Below, in pieces: positions 49,515 to 59,104 of a DNA stretch of 64,000 nt (positions are counted from its first letter, which is position 1; each line of letters begins with the position of its first letter). Under the pieces are notes generated by a model. That model was given only the letters and a program-made list of their open reading frames with translations, was not told the DNA's origin and did no database searches. Source of the DNA: Vulcanimicrobiota bacterium (GTDB lineage Bacteria; Vulcanimicrobiota; Vulcanimicrobiia; Vulcanimicrobiales; Vulcanimicrobiaceae); assembly GCA_963714015.1 (NCBI GenBank), contig OY970223.1, positions 1,312,001-1,376,000 of the forward strand. Direction: 5' to 3'. The position numbers and the translations under genes were made by a program.

Positions 49515-51173
49515 TTAGTGATGATAAGGATCGGTTGCGAAGATCTCCTGGAGTTGCGCCGTCGTCAAGAGTGGCGTATTCGAGCCGGTTGCGGCGTTGG
49601 TCGCTGCGAGGAACGCGTTTGCAACGAACGCATAGCCGGTGTTCGAGGGATGGAGCCCGTCCCAACTGACCAGGCCGCCGCCGAATGCGAGCGTGCAGCA
49701 CTTGGCATTGACGGAGAATTGGCCCGGCGCAGTGCCGCTATAGAACTCAGAGAAGAGACTGTTGATCGGCACCAGTGTGACGCCGCCGCTCCTGCCGGCT
49801 GCATCGATGATTTGATTGTAGCCGGCGTTGAGTGCATTGGTATCGGCAGCGAGTTTGTCGCTGACGAAGTCGCACTCGGCGTTGAAACCGGTTCCCGGCA
49901 GCGTGGGCGTGCCGCCCGGCGGCGAGCAGGTTGCGTCGTTCAAACCGGGCGTCCCTGGAACGGCGAGCGGACTGGCCGCAATCGACGCGCCGATCTGCGA
50001 GAACGCGCTGATGAACCCGGTCTCGGTCAGGTATGCGCCGCTGTCGATGCCGTACGCGGCTTGGATCTCGGCGGTCACTCCGGCCGCGTCGGCTTGAACC
50101 TGTGAAGCCGGAAGTTTGGGTGCAACGATCGGAATGAAATTCAGCAGCGCGCAGAACACGTAATTCTGCAGCGGGCACTGGGCAGCCGGATTCGCCGGCA
50201 TACCGCCTTCAAAAAACTGCGGGGTATTCAACACCGTCGGAAGATCGGCGACGACCACTTTGGCGCCCGACGCTTCCAATTGTCCGACGATCGAAGTCAG
50301 GTCGGTTTGGAACTGCGCCGGCGTATCGGTTACCGGCGAGGCTTCGCCGGAGAAGACGAACTTCAGCAAGTCGTTCGCACCCAGCCACACCGTCACGAGC
50401 TTGGGATGCAGTGAGAGCGCCGCTTTGAGCTGCGTCGCATTTCCGAGTCCAAGCGTTTGCTGGAACTGGCCCAAAATGGGATAGTACATGCCGCTCTCAC
50501 CCGAGACGAGCGACTGAAGATTTCCGGCGGTGCGGTCGAGCGGGTTGGAAAGATAGCCGCAGCTCTGCCCGTTCGGCGGGCCGGTGAGCGGCGCAGTCAT
50601 TGCCACTGCTTCGTGCATCGTGATGCCGGGAACGCCGAGATTGGCTATCGGCGCGCCGGGATTGAGCCGCGTACTCGTCCACGCAGTGTTGGAATATGCC
50701 TGATCGTTGAAGGCGTCGCATGACGAGTGCGTTGCGGCGAACGGCACTCCCGGGATGTTGGACGCGACGAGTTCGCCTGCAAGGCCGGGCCCTTTAATCA
50801 GCGGCAGCGGTCCGGACGGACTGCCTAGCGCGGTGTCGACGTTGTAGTGCAGAGGATCGAGCGTGATGCCGTTCATCTGCGCGTACACGAGCGCCCAAAA
50901 TCCGTTCTCCTGCGTGACCGGTACGATGCCGCCCGGCAGCGCGCTGATCGGATTCGTCACCGTAGGATCGCCGAGCACGCCGCTCGACTGTTCTCCGGCA
51001 GTCAAACTGTCGCCGATTCCGACGAAGTTTTGCGGTTTTAGGCCGCCGGTGCCGGGCGGAACGCCGGGCACGGGAGGCGCGGGCGCCGGCGTGACGCCGG
51101 TGCCGTTGCCGCTGCACGCGGCAAGTGCGACGAGCGCGAGAACTGCGAGCGGCCGTTTAAAGGAATCTCTCAT
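49515..51173 (-). CDS. SGNH/GDSL hydrolase lipoprotein
   Basis: LAAC lipobox, GDSLTAG, NLGVPG, WLGAND, DGLHP. Confidence 0.88.
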   Translation of the reverse strand: MRDSFKRPLAVLALVALAACSGNGTGVTPAPAPPVPGVPPGTGGLKPQNFVGIGDSLTAGEQSSGVLGDPTVTNPISALPGGIVPVTQENGFWALVYAQMNGITLDPLHYNVDTALGSPSGPLPLIKGPGLAGELVASNIPGVPFAATHSSCDAFNDQAYSNTAWTSTRLNPGAPIANLGVPGITMHEAVAMTAPLTGPPNGQSCGYLSNPLDRTAGNLQSLVSGESGMYYPILGQFQQTLGLGNATQLKAALSLHPKLVTVWLGANDLLKFVFSGEASPVTDTPAQFQTDLTSIVGQLEASGAKVVVADLPTVLNTPQFFEGGMPANPAAQCPLQNYVFCALLNFIPIVAPKLPASQVQADAAGVTAEIQAAYGIDSGAYLTETGFISAFSQIGASIAASPLAVPGTPGLNDATCSPPGGTPTLPGTGFNAECDFVSDKLAADTNALNAGYNQIIDAAGRSGGVTLVPINSLFSEFYSGTAPGQFSVNAKCCTLAFGGGLVSWDGLHPSNTGYAFVANAFLAATNAATGSNTPLLTTAQLQEIFATDPYHH

Positions 51174-51191
51174 CGTGATAAACCCCGTCTG

Positions 51192-52391
51192 CTAGAACTG
51201 AATGACGCTCGGCGAACCGATGCCGATTTCGAACTGAATCTGGGTGGCCTTCAGACCGCCGACGACCGGCAGCGTGTTCGAGCCGCAGGGCAGCGCAAGG
51301 CAGTTGAGCTGTTTCACGCCGTACGGACTGATGTTCGAAGGGCCGCCGCTGTTGAGCACGACCTGCGCAAAGGCTACCTTGCCGAACGACTGCGAAATAC
51401 CGGCGAAGTAGGCCATGTTGTGCTCGGGATACGTGTCCTCCGGAAGATAATCGCGCGAAGCCTGCGGCTCCAGGAAGACCTTGGTGCGGGGGAACGGCGC
51501 GTATTCCAAGTACAGGATCTGATAGATCTGCGCGTGGTTCGTCAGGTTCGCACCGGCCGGATGCACGAGCCATGTGGGCGCCGCTGTAAACGTTCCGAAC
51601 ATCTTCGGCGTCTTCAGGAACGGCACGGTGAACGCCGCTGCATACATCTGGGCCGTTCGCGTGGTGACGTTCGTGTACGGAACGCCGTTCTGCGCGATAA
51701 AGGGGACGACGTCGCCGTTACCGTTTGACGCTGCAATGGTCGACCAGCGCGAAACGTAGGTCGGCGTGATGACGATGGGAATTGCGCGTCCCTTGTAGGT
51801 TCCCAGGTTGATCAGTTTCTCGAGAAGCGCAAGACCGAACCGGTCCTTGGTGCTCACGTTGAACTGCGGATTGACGCCTTGACATGCGGCGGACGTCGTT
51901 CCGCTCAAATCCACACAGCTGGGATTGACGCCCGGCGAGCTTGGAAAGCCGGGGGGCAGATAGAGCGGCACCTGACCGCTGTTGAACCCGACCGGGTAGT
52001 GCTGAATCTCGTAGTAGTTCCCGACGAGCCGCAAATTGGAGCTGACGCCGAAACCGACGACTGCGTCGCCTCCGCCGGGCAGCCATCTTTTGCCGACGGT
52101 TCCGATGTTGCCGAGCGGATACGCAGACGAAGCGTCCAGCGTATAGGTCCAACCGACGGGCAGGCCGACGGCTTGCGGGCCGCCCACGGGCTGCTGCGTC
52201 ACGGGAGGGACTTGGGCGACCGCGTTCTTCGAAGCGGCGGGCGGCTTTGCGTTTTCCGCATTCTTGATAGCGGTGTTCGCTCCCGAGACCGCCGAACCGA
52301 AGACCCCGAAGGGGTCCGCCATAGCAGGGGCAGTGGCGATCGCCGAAACCAACGTCAAGGCTGCGGACGCACGTAGGAACGTACGAACCAT
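51192..52391 (-). CDS. Exported hypothetical protein, putative outer-membrane beta-barrel
   Basis: Signal peptide ending AMA; alternating hydrophobic strand-like segments; C-terminal Phe. Confidence 0.55.
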   Translation of the reverse strand: MVRTFLRASAALTLVSAIATAPAMADPFGVFGSAVSGANTAIKNAENAKPPAASKNAVAQVPPVTQQPVGGPQAVGLPVGWTYTLDASSAYPLGNIGTVGKRWLPGGGDAVVGFGVSSNLRLVGNYYEIQHYPVGFNSGQVPLYLPPGFPSSPGVNPSCVDLSGTTSAACQGVNPQFNVSTKDRFGLALLEKLINLGTYKGRAIPIVITPTYVSRWSTIAASNGNGDVVPFIAQNGVPYTNVTTRTAQMYAAAFTVPFLKTPKMFGTFTAAPTWLVHPAGANLTNHAQIYQILYLEYAPFPRTKVFLEPQASRDYLPEDTYPEHNMAYFAGISQSFGKVAFAQVVLNSGGPSNISPYGVKQLNCLALPCGSNTLPVVGGLKATQIQFEIGIGSPSVIQF

Positions 52392-52408
52392 TCTCGTTCT
52401 CCATGAAA

Positions 52409-52428
52409 GGCTATTAAATTTAATAGCC
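52409..52428. promoter_or_regulatory. Perfect 20-bp palindrome, candidate operator
   Basis: ggctattaaatttaatagcc equals its own reverse complement. Confidence 0.6.
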
Positions 52429-52489
52429 CGGCTTTGGAACGGGGATACCTTGCGGGCGGCCTAAAACCCTGGCTTCGGCGGCGCCGCGG

Positions 52490-55400
52490 TTAGGGGACCG
52501 GCGTGACCGGAGCCGGCTGCGGAATCTCCGCGGGCTTGATCGAGCGGCCATTTCCGCCGCGGCCGTGGCGACGGGTCGACCATGATTTGACGATGACGTA
52601 GATGACCGGCGTGATGACGAGATTCAGAAGCGTCGAGATGATCATGCCGCCGAACACGACGGTGCCCAGCGAGTTGCGGGCGGCGCTTCCTGCACCGGTC
52701 GCGATGACGAGCGGAATGACGGCGACGATGAAAGCGATCGACGTCATGAGAATCGGACGCAGCCGCGTTTGCGCGGCGCGCGAGGCGGCCGTCATGATGT
52801 CCGCGCCGGCACGCATCTGCTGGTTGGCGAACTCGACTATCAAGATTGCGCTCTTGCTGGCCAGGCCGATCAGCATGACGTAGCCGACCTGCGCGTACGC
52901 GTCGCTCGGCAAGTGACGGACGGCAAGGAAGACCAGGGCACCCAAAATTGCTACCGGCACGGCGAGCAGGACGATGAGCGGATCGACGAAGCTCTCGTAC
53001 TGCGCCGCCAGAACGAGAAACACGAAGATGATGCCGATGAAGAAGATCAGCACCGAAAGCGATCCGCCTTGGATCTCATCGAGCGTAATGCCGGACCACT
53101 CGTAACCGACGCCGGGCGGGTTGATTTTGGCAGCCAATGTCTGCATCGCGGCAATGGCTTGTCCGGAACCCTTGCCCGGCGCGGGATTGCCGTCGATTTC
53201 AATCGACCGAAACAGATTGTAGTGCGTGATTATCGGCGCCGATTTCGTCAGGGTAGCCGTGCCCAAGCCCTGAAGCGGCACCATGCCGCCGTTTGCCGAC
53301 CGCACGTACATAAATTGCAGCGCGTCCAACGAGTCGCGATACGGGTCTTCAGCCTCGACGTATACGCGGTACGATCGATTCAGATAGTCGAAGTTGTTGA
53401 CGTAGAACGATCCCAGATCGGTCTGCATCGTATTGAAGACGTCGGTCAGGCTGACGCCGATACTCTTCGCTTTTTCACGATCGATGTGCACGTCGTACTG
53501 CGGCGAGTCGATGCGGAACGTCGTGAAGACTTGCTGCAGATCCGGATTCTGGTTGCCGAGCCCCATATAACCGTAGGCAGTCTTCATCATCGTCGGAAGC
53601 CCGACGCCGGTTCGATCTTCCAGTTCGAACTGGAAACCCCCGAAATTACCGACGCCGTTAATTGCCGGAGGATTGAACGCAAACACTTGCGCTCCGGGGA
53701 TCCCGAAAAACTGCATCTGCACGCGCTGGAGGACTGCGTCGAGCGTATGCGCCCCGCCGCGCCGGTTCGACCACGGCAGCAGCTTCGCGAAGGCGATACC
53801 GTAATTGGACTCCGCTCCGGTGAAGCTGAATCCGGAGACGTTGAACACGTCGGAGATCTCTTTTTGCGAGAACAGGATCGAATCGACCCGGCGCGCGACC
53901 GTCTTTTCCTGCGACAGCGATGAGCCTTCGGGCAGCTGAATCGTTACGATGAAATAGCCTTGGTCCTCGTTGGGGATGAACGCGGTCGGCGTGGTGCGGA
54001 AGAGGAGAACCGTCGCCAGCAATCCGCAAAAGAAGAGTCCCGCCACCAGCCAGCGGCGCCGGAAGAACTGCGGCAGCATGGCGCGGTACCACGCGCGGAA
54101 CGAAGCCAACCCTTTGTTGAACCAGACGAAGAACGGAAAGTGCGACTCTCTTTCACCGCTGAGCATCAGTGCCGACATTACCGGCGTCAAGGTCAGCGAG
54201 GCAAAGAGCGATATCGTAATCGCCGCAGCGATCGTTAGCGCGAATTGCTTGTAGAGTTGCCCCGTGGTTCCCGGAAAGAACGCAACGGGCACGAAGACGG
54301 CAAGCAGCACGAGTGACGAGGCGACGACCGCACCTTGCACCTCACGCATTGCCGCAGCGGCGCCTTCGGCACCGCCCATTCCCTTCTCTTGAATGTACCG
54401 CGCGATGTTCTCGATAACGACGATCGCATCGTCCACGACCAGGCCCGTAGCGAGCGTCAGGCCGAAGAGCGTGATCGTGTTGATCGTGAATCCGAAGAGC
54501 TTCATAACGGCAAACGTTCCGATCAGCGAGATCGGAAGGGTGACGGCCGGAATGACGGTCGAACGCGGGTTCTGCAGGAAGAGAAAAATCACGAGTACGA
54601 CGAGGATGATGGAGAAGAAGAGCGTCAGAACGACTTCGCGGATCGATTCTTGGACGAACAGCGTGCTGTCGTACGCGATCTTGTAGCTTACGCCTTGCGG
54701 AAAGTTCTTTTGCAGAACGTCCAGTTCTTTACGCACGCCGCTCGCGACCGAGAGTGCGTTTGCGCTGGGAAGCTGCTGGATGCCGAGGCCCACCACGTTC
54801 GGGTTGCGGTCGAATGCCAGCGAACTCGAGTAGTCCTCCGCGCCGAGCTCGACGCGCGCGACGTCTCCCAAACGGTCGAAACCGCCGCCCGAGTTCGCCC
54901 GGACGATGATGTTCCGGAACTGGTCGGGAGTGCTGAGACGGCCTTCGGCGTGGACGCTAATCGTGAACGGCTGACCGGCGGGCTCCGGCGCGCCGCCTAT
55001 GCTGCCCGCGGCAACTTCAACGTTCTGCTCCTGTAAAGCGTTCAGTACGTCGGTGATTGCCAGACCGCGGCCTTCCAGTTTGGTGGGATCGACCCAGATC
55101 CGCATCGCGTAACGCCGCTGCCCGAAGATGATGACGTTGCTTACGCCGGGCACGCGTTTGAGCGAGTTTACGACGTTGAGCTCGGCATAGTTGCTCAGCA
55201 GCAGCTGCGAGAACGCCGGATTGTTCGACTGCATCGCCGCAGCCATGATAAAGGTGCCCGAATTTTTGGTCACCGTGACGCCGGTCTGTTGGACCTCCGC
55301 GGGCAATTGTCCGGATGCCGATTGGACTGCGTTTTGGACGTCCGTGGCGGCAATATCCAAGTTCGTTCCGAGATTGAACGTGCACGTGATCGTGCTCGTG

Positions 55401-55657
55401 CCGTTGTTTGCGCTGCTGGAGGTGATGTAGCGCAAGCCTTCGACGCCGTTGATGGCCTGCTCGAGCGGCGTCGTAACCGCCGACTCGACGGCCTGCGCGT
55501 TAGCGCCGGTATAGGCTGCGGTCACCGTTACGACCGGAGGCGCGATCTGCGGATATTGCGCGACGGGCAGGGTCGGTATCGCGATGAGGCCTGCCAGCAT
55601 CACGACGAGCGAGCACACCGCTGCGAAGATCGGTCGCCGCAGGAAGAATTGTGTCAA
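52490..55657 (-). CDS. HAE1-family RND efflux permease
   Basis: FFLRRP.FA, YPQIAPP, GLVVDDAIVV.EN, KSAILIVEFA, RLRPILMTS; 1055 aa. Confidence 0.96.
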   Translation of the reverse strand: MTQFFLRRPIFAAVCSLVVMLAGLIAIPTLPVAQYPQIAPPVVTVTAAYTGANAQAVESAVTTPLEQAINGVEGLRYITSSSANNGTSTITCTFNLGTNLDIAATDVQNAVQSASGQLPAEVQQTGVTVTKNSGTFIMAAAMQSNNPAFSQLLLSNYAELNVVNSLKRVPGVSNVIIFGQRRYAMRIWVDPTKLEGRGLAITDVLNALQEQNVEVAAGSIGGAPEPAGQPFTISVHAEGRLSTPDQFRNIIVRANSGGGFDRLGDVARVELGAEDYSSSLAFDRNPNVVGLGIQQLPSANALSVASGVRKELDVLQKNFPQGVSYKIAYDSTLFVQESIREVVLTLFFSIILVVLVIFLFLQNPRSTVIPAVTLPISLIGTFAVMKLFGFTINTITLFGLTLATGLVVDDAIVVIENIARYIQEKGMGGAEGAAAAMREVQGAVVASSLVLLAVFVPVAFFPGTTGQLYKQFALTIAAAITISLFASLTLTPVMSALMLSGERESHFPFFVWFNKGLASFRAWYRAMLPQFFRRRWLVAGLFFCGLLATVLLFRTTPTAFIPNEDQGYFIVTIQLPEGSSLSQEKTVARRVDSILFSQKEISDVFNVSGFSFTGAESNYGIAFAKLLPWSNRRGGAHTLDAVLQRVQMQFFGIPGAQVFAFNPPAINGVGNFGGFQFELEDRTGVGLPTMMKTAYGYMGLGNQNPDLQQVFTTFRIDSPQYDVHIDREKAKSIGVSLTDVFNTMQTDLGSFYVNNFDYLNRSYRVYVEAEDPYRDSLDALQFMYVRSANGGMVPLQGLGTATLTKSAPIITHYNLFRSIEIDGNPAPGKGSGQAIAAMQTLAAKINPPGVGYEWSGITLDEIQGGSLSVLIFFIGIIFVFLVLAAQYESFVDPLIVLLAVPVAILGALVFLAVRHLPSDAYAQVGYVMLIGLASKSAILIVEFANQQMRAGADIMTAASRAAQTRLRPILMTSIAFIVAVIPLVIATGAGSAARNSLGTVVFGGMIISTLLNLVITPVIYVIVKSWSTRRHGRGGNGRSIKPAEIPQPAPVTPVP

Positions 55658-55745
55658 AGCAAACCCCTAAACAACACCAGTGCGCCGAGTGTTGCATCCG
55701 GGGACACCGCCGCCCTGTGTCATATTCGAGCCCTAGGGGGAACCT

Positions 55746-56636
55746 CTATCCGAAAGCTCGTTCGGCGTGGTAGGAGCTGCGGGAGAGCGGGCTCGAGACC
55801 ACTTGATGGAAACCTTTGCCGCGCGCGAGCCGGCCGAGCTGCTCAAACTTCTCAGGCGTCACGAAGCTCTGGACGGGAAGATGCTTCTTGGTGGGCTGAA
55901 GGTATTGACCCATCGTGAAGATGTCCACGCCCGCGCTGCGCGCGTCGTCCATGGTCTGCTCGACCTCTAAATCCGTCTCACCCAATCCTAGCATTAGTGA
56001 GGTCTTGGTAAAGCGCTGCGGCGCGCGCGCCTTGGCGTGGCGGAGGATCGCGAGCGACTGATCGTACCTCGCACGTTTGTCGCGTACATGCGGCGTAAGG
56101 CGGCGGACCGTCTCGAGGTTATGCGCGAAGACGTCGGGCGCGGCGTCTAGTACGATGTCCAGCGCGTTCAGGTCGCCGCGGTAGTCGCCGCTCAATATCT
56201 CCACGCGCGAACCGGGCACGCGTTCGTGAATCTCACGGACCGTGTTGGCAAAGATGAGCGCGCCGCCGTCGGCTAAATCGTCGCGATCTACGGCGGTCAC
56301 GACCAGGTACCGCCAACCCATGTCCCGCACGGCCTCCGCCACTCGCACCGGCTCCATCCAATCGATCAGGCCTTTCGGATTACCGGTCTTGACGTTGCAA
56401 AAGCGGCATCCGCGCGTGCACGTATCGCCAAGAATCATGATGGTCGCGGTGCCCGCCCCCCAGCACTCGGCAAGGTTGGGGCACATGGCCTCTTTGCAAA
56501 CGGTATTGAGCGCGAGCGCGTTCACTTTGTCTTTGACGCGTTCGTACTCTTCGCCGCGCGGCAACTTGACCTTGAGCCACTCGGGCTTAGGCTTACGCTG
56601 CGGAGTGCCGTCGATCAGACTGATTTCTACTGCCAT
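55746..56636 (-). CDS. lipA: Lipoyl synthase
   Basis: C.EA.CPN..ECW, CTRGCRFC, RSSY. Confidence 0.98.
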   Translation of the reverse strand: MAVEISLIDGTPQRKPKPEWLKVKLPRGEEYERVKDKVNALALNTVCKEAMCPNLAECWGAGTATIMILGDTCTRGCRFCNVKTGNPKGLIDWMEPVRVAEAVRDMGWRYLVVTAVDRDDLADGGALIFANTVREIHERVPGSRVEILSGDYRGDLNALDIVLDAAPDVFAHNLETVRRLTPHVRDKRARYDQSLAILRHAKARAPQRFTKTSLMLGLGETDLEVEQTMDDARSAGVDIFTMGQYLQPTKKHLPVQSFVTPEKFEQLGRLARGKGFHQVVSSPLSRSSYHAERAFG

Positions 56637-57273
56637 CGAACTCTATTCCAAAAGTTTTCTCAATCGCCGCGCGCAGCACCGGCTTAACTCGTTCGATCTG
56701 AAGCTCTCGCCCCAGCTCGCGTGAAAGACTCGTTATGCCGCGATCCGTCAAACCGCACGGATTGATGAGCCGGTCGTAACTCAACTCCGTGCTCACATTG
56801 AGCGCGATCCCATGCAGAGAGGTCATTCGCTTCACCGCCAGACCAATCGCGCATATCTGATTCGCTCCGCACCACACCCCCGCATGCTCGCTCCAGCGCT
56901 CCGCCTCAACCCCGAAGCTCGCGCACGTATCGATCACCGCGCCTTCGAGCGCCCGAACCAACGGCACGACTTCCCTGAACCGCTCCAGCCTGCGAATCGG
57001 ATACACGACGAGCTGCCCCGGCCCGTGATACGTTACGTCGCCGCCCCGCTCGATTTGCACCAAATCGACGCCGCGCTGCTCGAGCGCTTCACAGCTGAGC
57101 AGCACGTTTTCGGACTTGGAATTCCGTCCCATCGTGACGACGGGCGGATGCTCGACGAAGATCCACGTTTCGGGCTCTTCGCCCTTGGCGACCGCTTCAT
57201 GCAGCTGACGCTGCAGATCCCAAACCTCGCGATACCCCCGCAATCCCAAGTCCAGCAGCTTTGCCGCGCTCAT
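56593..57273 (-). CDS. lipB: Octanoyltransferase
   Basis: EHPPV.T.G, RGGDVTYHGPGQ, HG.ALNV, PCG. Confidence 0.95.
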   Translation of the reverse strand: MSAAKLLDLGLRGYREVWDLQRQLHEAVAKGEEPETWIFVEHPPVVTMGRNSKSENVLLSCEALEQRGVDLVQIERGGDVTYHGPGQLVVYPIRRLERFREVVPLVRALEGAVIDTCASFGVEAERWSEHAGVWCGANQICAIGLAVKRMTSLHGIALNVSTELSYDRLINPCGLTDRGITSLSRELGRELQIERVKPVLRAAIEKTFGIEFDGSRNQSDRRHSAA

Positions 57274-57290
57274 CTCATCCCCCTCACCCA

Positions 57291-57493
57291 GTAAAACGAA
57301 CGAGCCGTTAGAGTTGCGGGGTTCACCTCTGTTTGGCGAAGTCTCCGACTTTTTCGACTTCGATAGGATGTCGATTTCAAAACTTCGTTCCGTCGAAAAA
57401 GCGGCGAAGCGGAAAAATTCCTGGATGGAGTTTTTCCAGCGACTTCGCCAAACAGAGGTGAACGCGGCAACTCTAACCGTTGTTTCGTTTTGC
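57291..57493. repeat. About 200-nt multibranched palindromic element (MITE-like or structured RNA)
   Basis: 37-bp inverted repeat 57307-57343/57441-57477 (35/37), outer aaaacgaa/ttcgtttt, two internal hairpins. Confidence 0.8.
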
Positions 57494-57499
57494 GGCCCC

Positions 57500-58955
57500 T
57501 TACTTCGCAGCCACCGGCTGCGGCGCAGCTTTAGGCTTCGCATTGACGATGTGGATCGCTTTGCCATGGGCGGCCTCCGCTGCGTCCATGATGCCTTCGG
57601 TGAGCGTCGGATGCGGATGGATCGACAATCCGATGTCCTCGAGCGTGGCGCCCATCTCCAGAGCGATGACGCCTTCGCCGATGAGCGATTCGGCCTGCGG
57701 CGCGACGATATGCATGCCGAGGAGCAGATCGGTTTTCGCGTCGCCGACGAGTTTGATGAGGCCGTCGCTTTCGTTCATGGTGCGCGCGCGGCCGCTGGCT
57801 GCGAGAGGGAATTTACCGATGCGGACTTCGTAGCCGGCGGCCTTGGCCTCTTCTTCGGAGAGTCCGGCGGTGGCGACTTCGGGATCCGTGTAGACGCAGT
57901 TCGGGATCGCAACCGGATCGAATGCGGCGGAACGATCGCCGGCGATGACTTCCGCAGCGATGACGCCCTCTTTCATGCCTTTGTGGGCAAGCATCGGCGC
58001 GCCGGTGACGTCGCCGATTGCGAAGACGTTGGCTACTTTCGTGCGGCGCTGCGCATCGACGTCCATAAAGCCTTTTTCGTTGACGGAAAGTCCGGCGGCT
58101 TGCAAATTAAGTCCGTCGGTTACCGGACGCCGGCCGACCGCTACCAGTACGCACTCAAATTCGCGCGTCTCGTCTTTGCCGCCGGTGCCTTCGCCGTTGA
58201 ACGTGGCCTTGACGATCTTGCCCTCGCGCGAGAGTGCGCCGACTTTCGTGCTGAGCATGATCTCGACGCCCTGCTTTTTGAGTATGCGCCCGAGCGTCTT
58301 GGAGATTTCCAAGTCCGTGCCGGTCAGAATCTGCGGCAGCGCTTCGATGACGAGCACTTTTACGCCCATGCGGGTGTAAACCGTTGCAAATTCCAGGCCG
58401 ATGACGCCGCCGCCGATGACCAGCATGGTCTTGGGGACGCGCTTGAGACTGCACCGCGTCGTCGGAATTGATGATGTACTCGCCGTCGTGCGGCCACGCA
58501 CGGACGTCGATGGGCGCAGAGCCGGTGGCGATGACGACGTCCTTCGTCTTGATTGTGTCCTCGCCGCCTTCTTTTTTCGAGACGGCGATCTCGGTCGCGC
58601 TCTTGAACGAAGCCTGACCGTAGATGAACTGAACGTTGTTCGCTTTGAAGAGTGTTTTTACGCCGCCGACGTTTGCGTTCACAACGTCGGTTTTGAATTT
58701 CGCGACGCCTTCGCGGTCGACGTCGGCTTTGGCCACTTTCAAACCGATCGCGCCGGCATGATCGATGTGCCGGATGACCTCGCCCACGTGCAATAGCGCT
58801 TTGGTGGGAATGCATCCCCAGTTCAAGCAGACGCCGCCGACCTCGTCGCGATCGACGCAGATGACCTTCTTGCCGAGTTGTCCCAAACGGATGGCGGCAT
58901 GGTAACCACCCGGGCCAGCCCCGATGACGACTGCGTCTGCGACGTGTTCGGCCAC
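57500..58955 (-). CDS. lpdA: Dihydrolipoamide dehydrogenase (frameshift near 58450)
   Basis: GAGPGGY.AA, GGVCLNWGCIPTK, GGGVIGLE, LAHK, HPHPTLTE. Confidence 0.96.
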
Positions 58956-59053
58956 TTCAAAACTCCGATCTGGTAGGGAAGAGAGACTTCTGCGCGTCCC
59001 CGCCCAAACTATCGCGGGCGCCCACGCTTTTCGCAAGCACCAAAGTAGGGAGT

Positions 59054-59104
59054 AAGCCATCCAATTGGCGAAATGGACGGTAAATGTCCAAAATTGGATG
59101 GCTT
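59054..59104. promoter_or_regulatory. Nested inverted repeats over the MocR start codon
   Basis: aagccatccaatt (59054-66) / aattggatggctt (59092-104) perfect 13-bp IR with inner tggac/gtcca. Confidence 0.65.

Noticed and set aside
11087..55745. Recurring AGG/GGG...CGAA pattern upstream of several genes as an alternative-sigma promoter
   Set aside because: Spacing varies from 13 to 19 nt; cannot be supported without motif statistics.
57274..57567. N-terminal extension of LipB through the palindrome
   Set aside because: A good SD precedes ATG 57273; the extension is just an open frame across the repeat.
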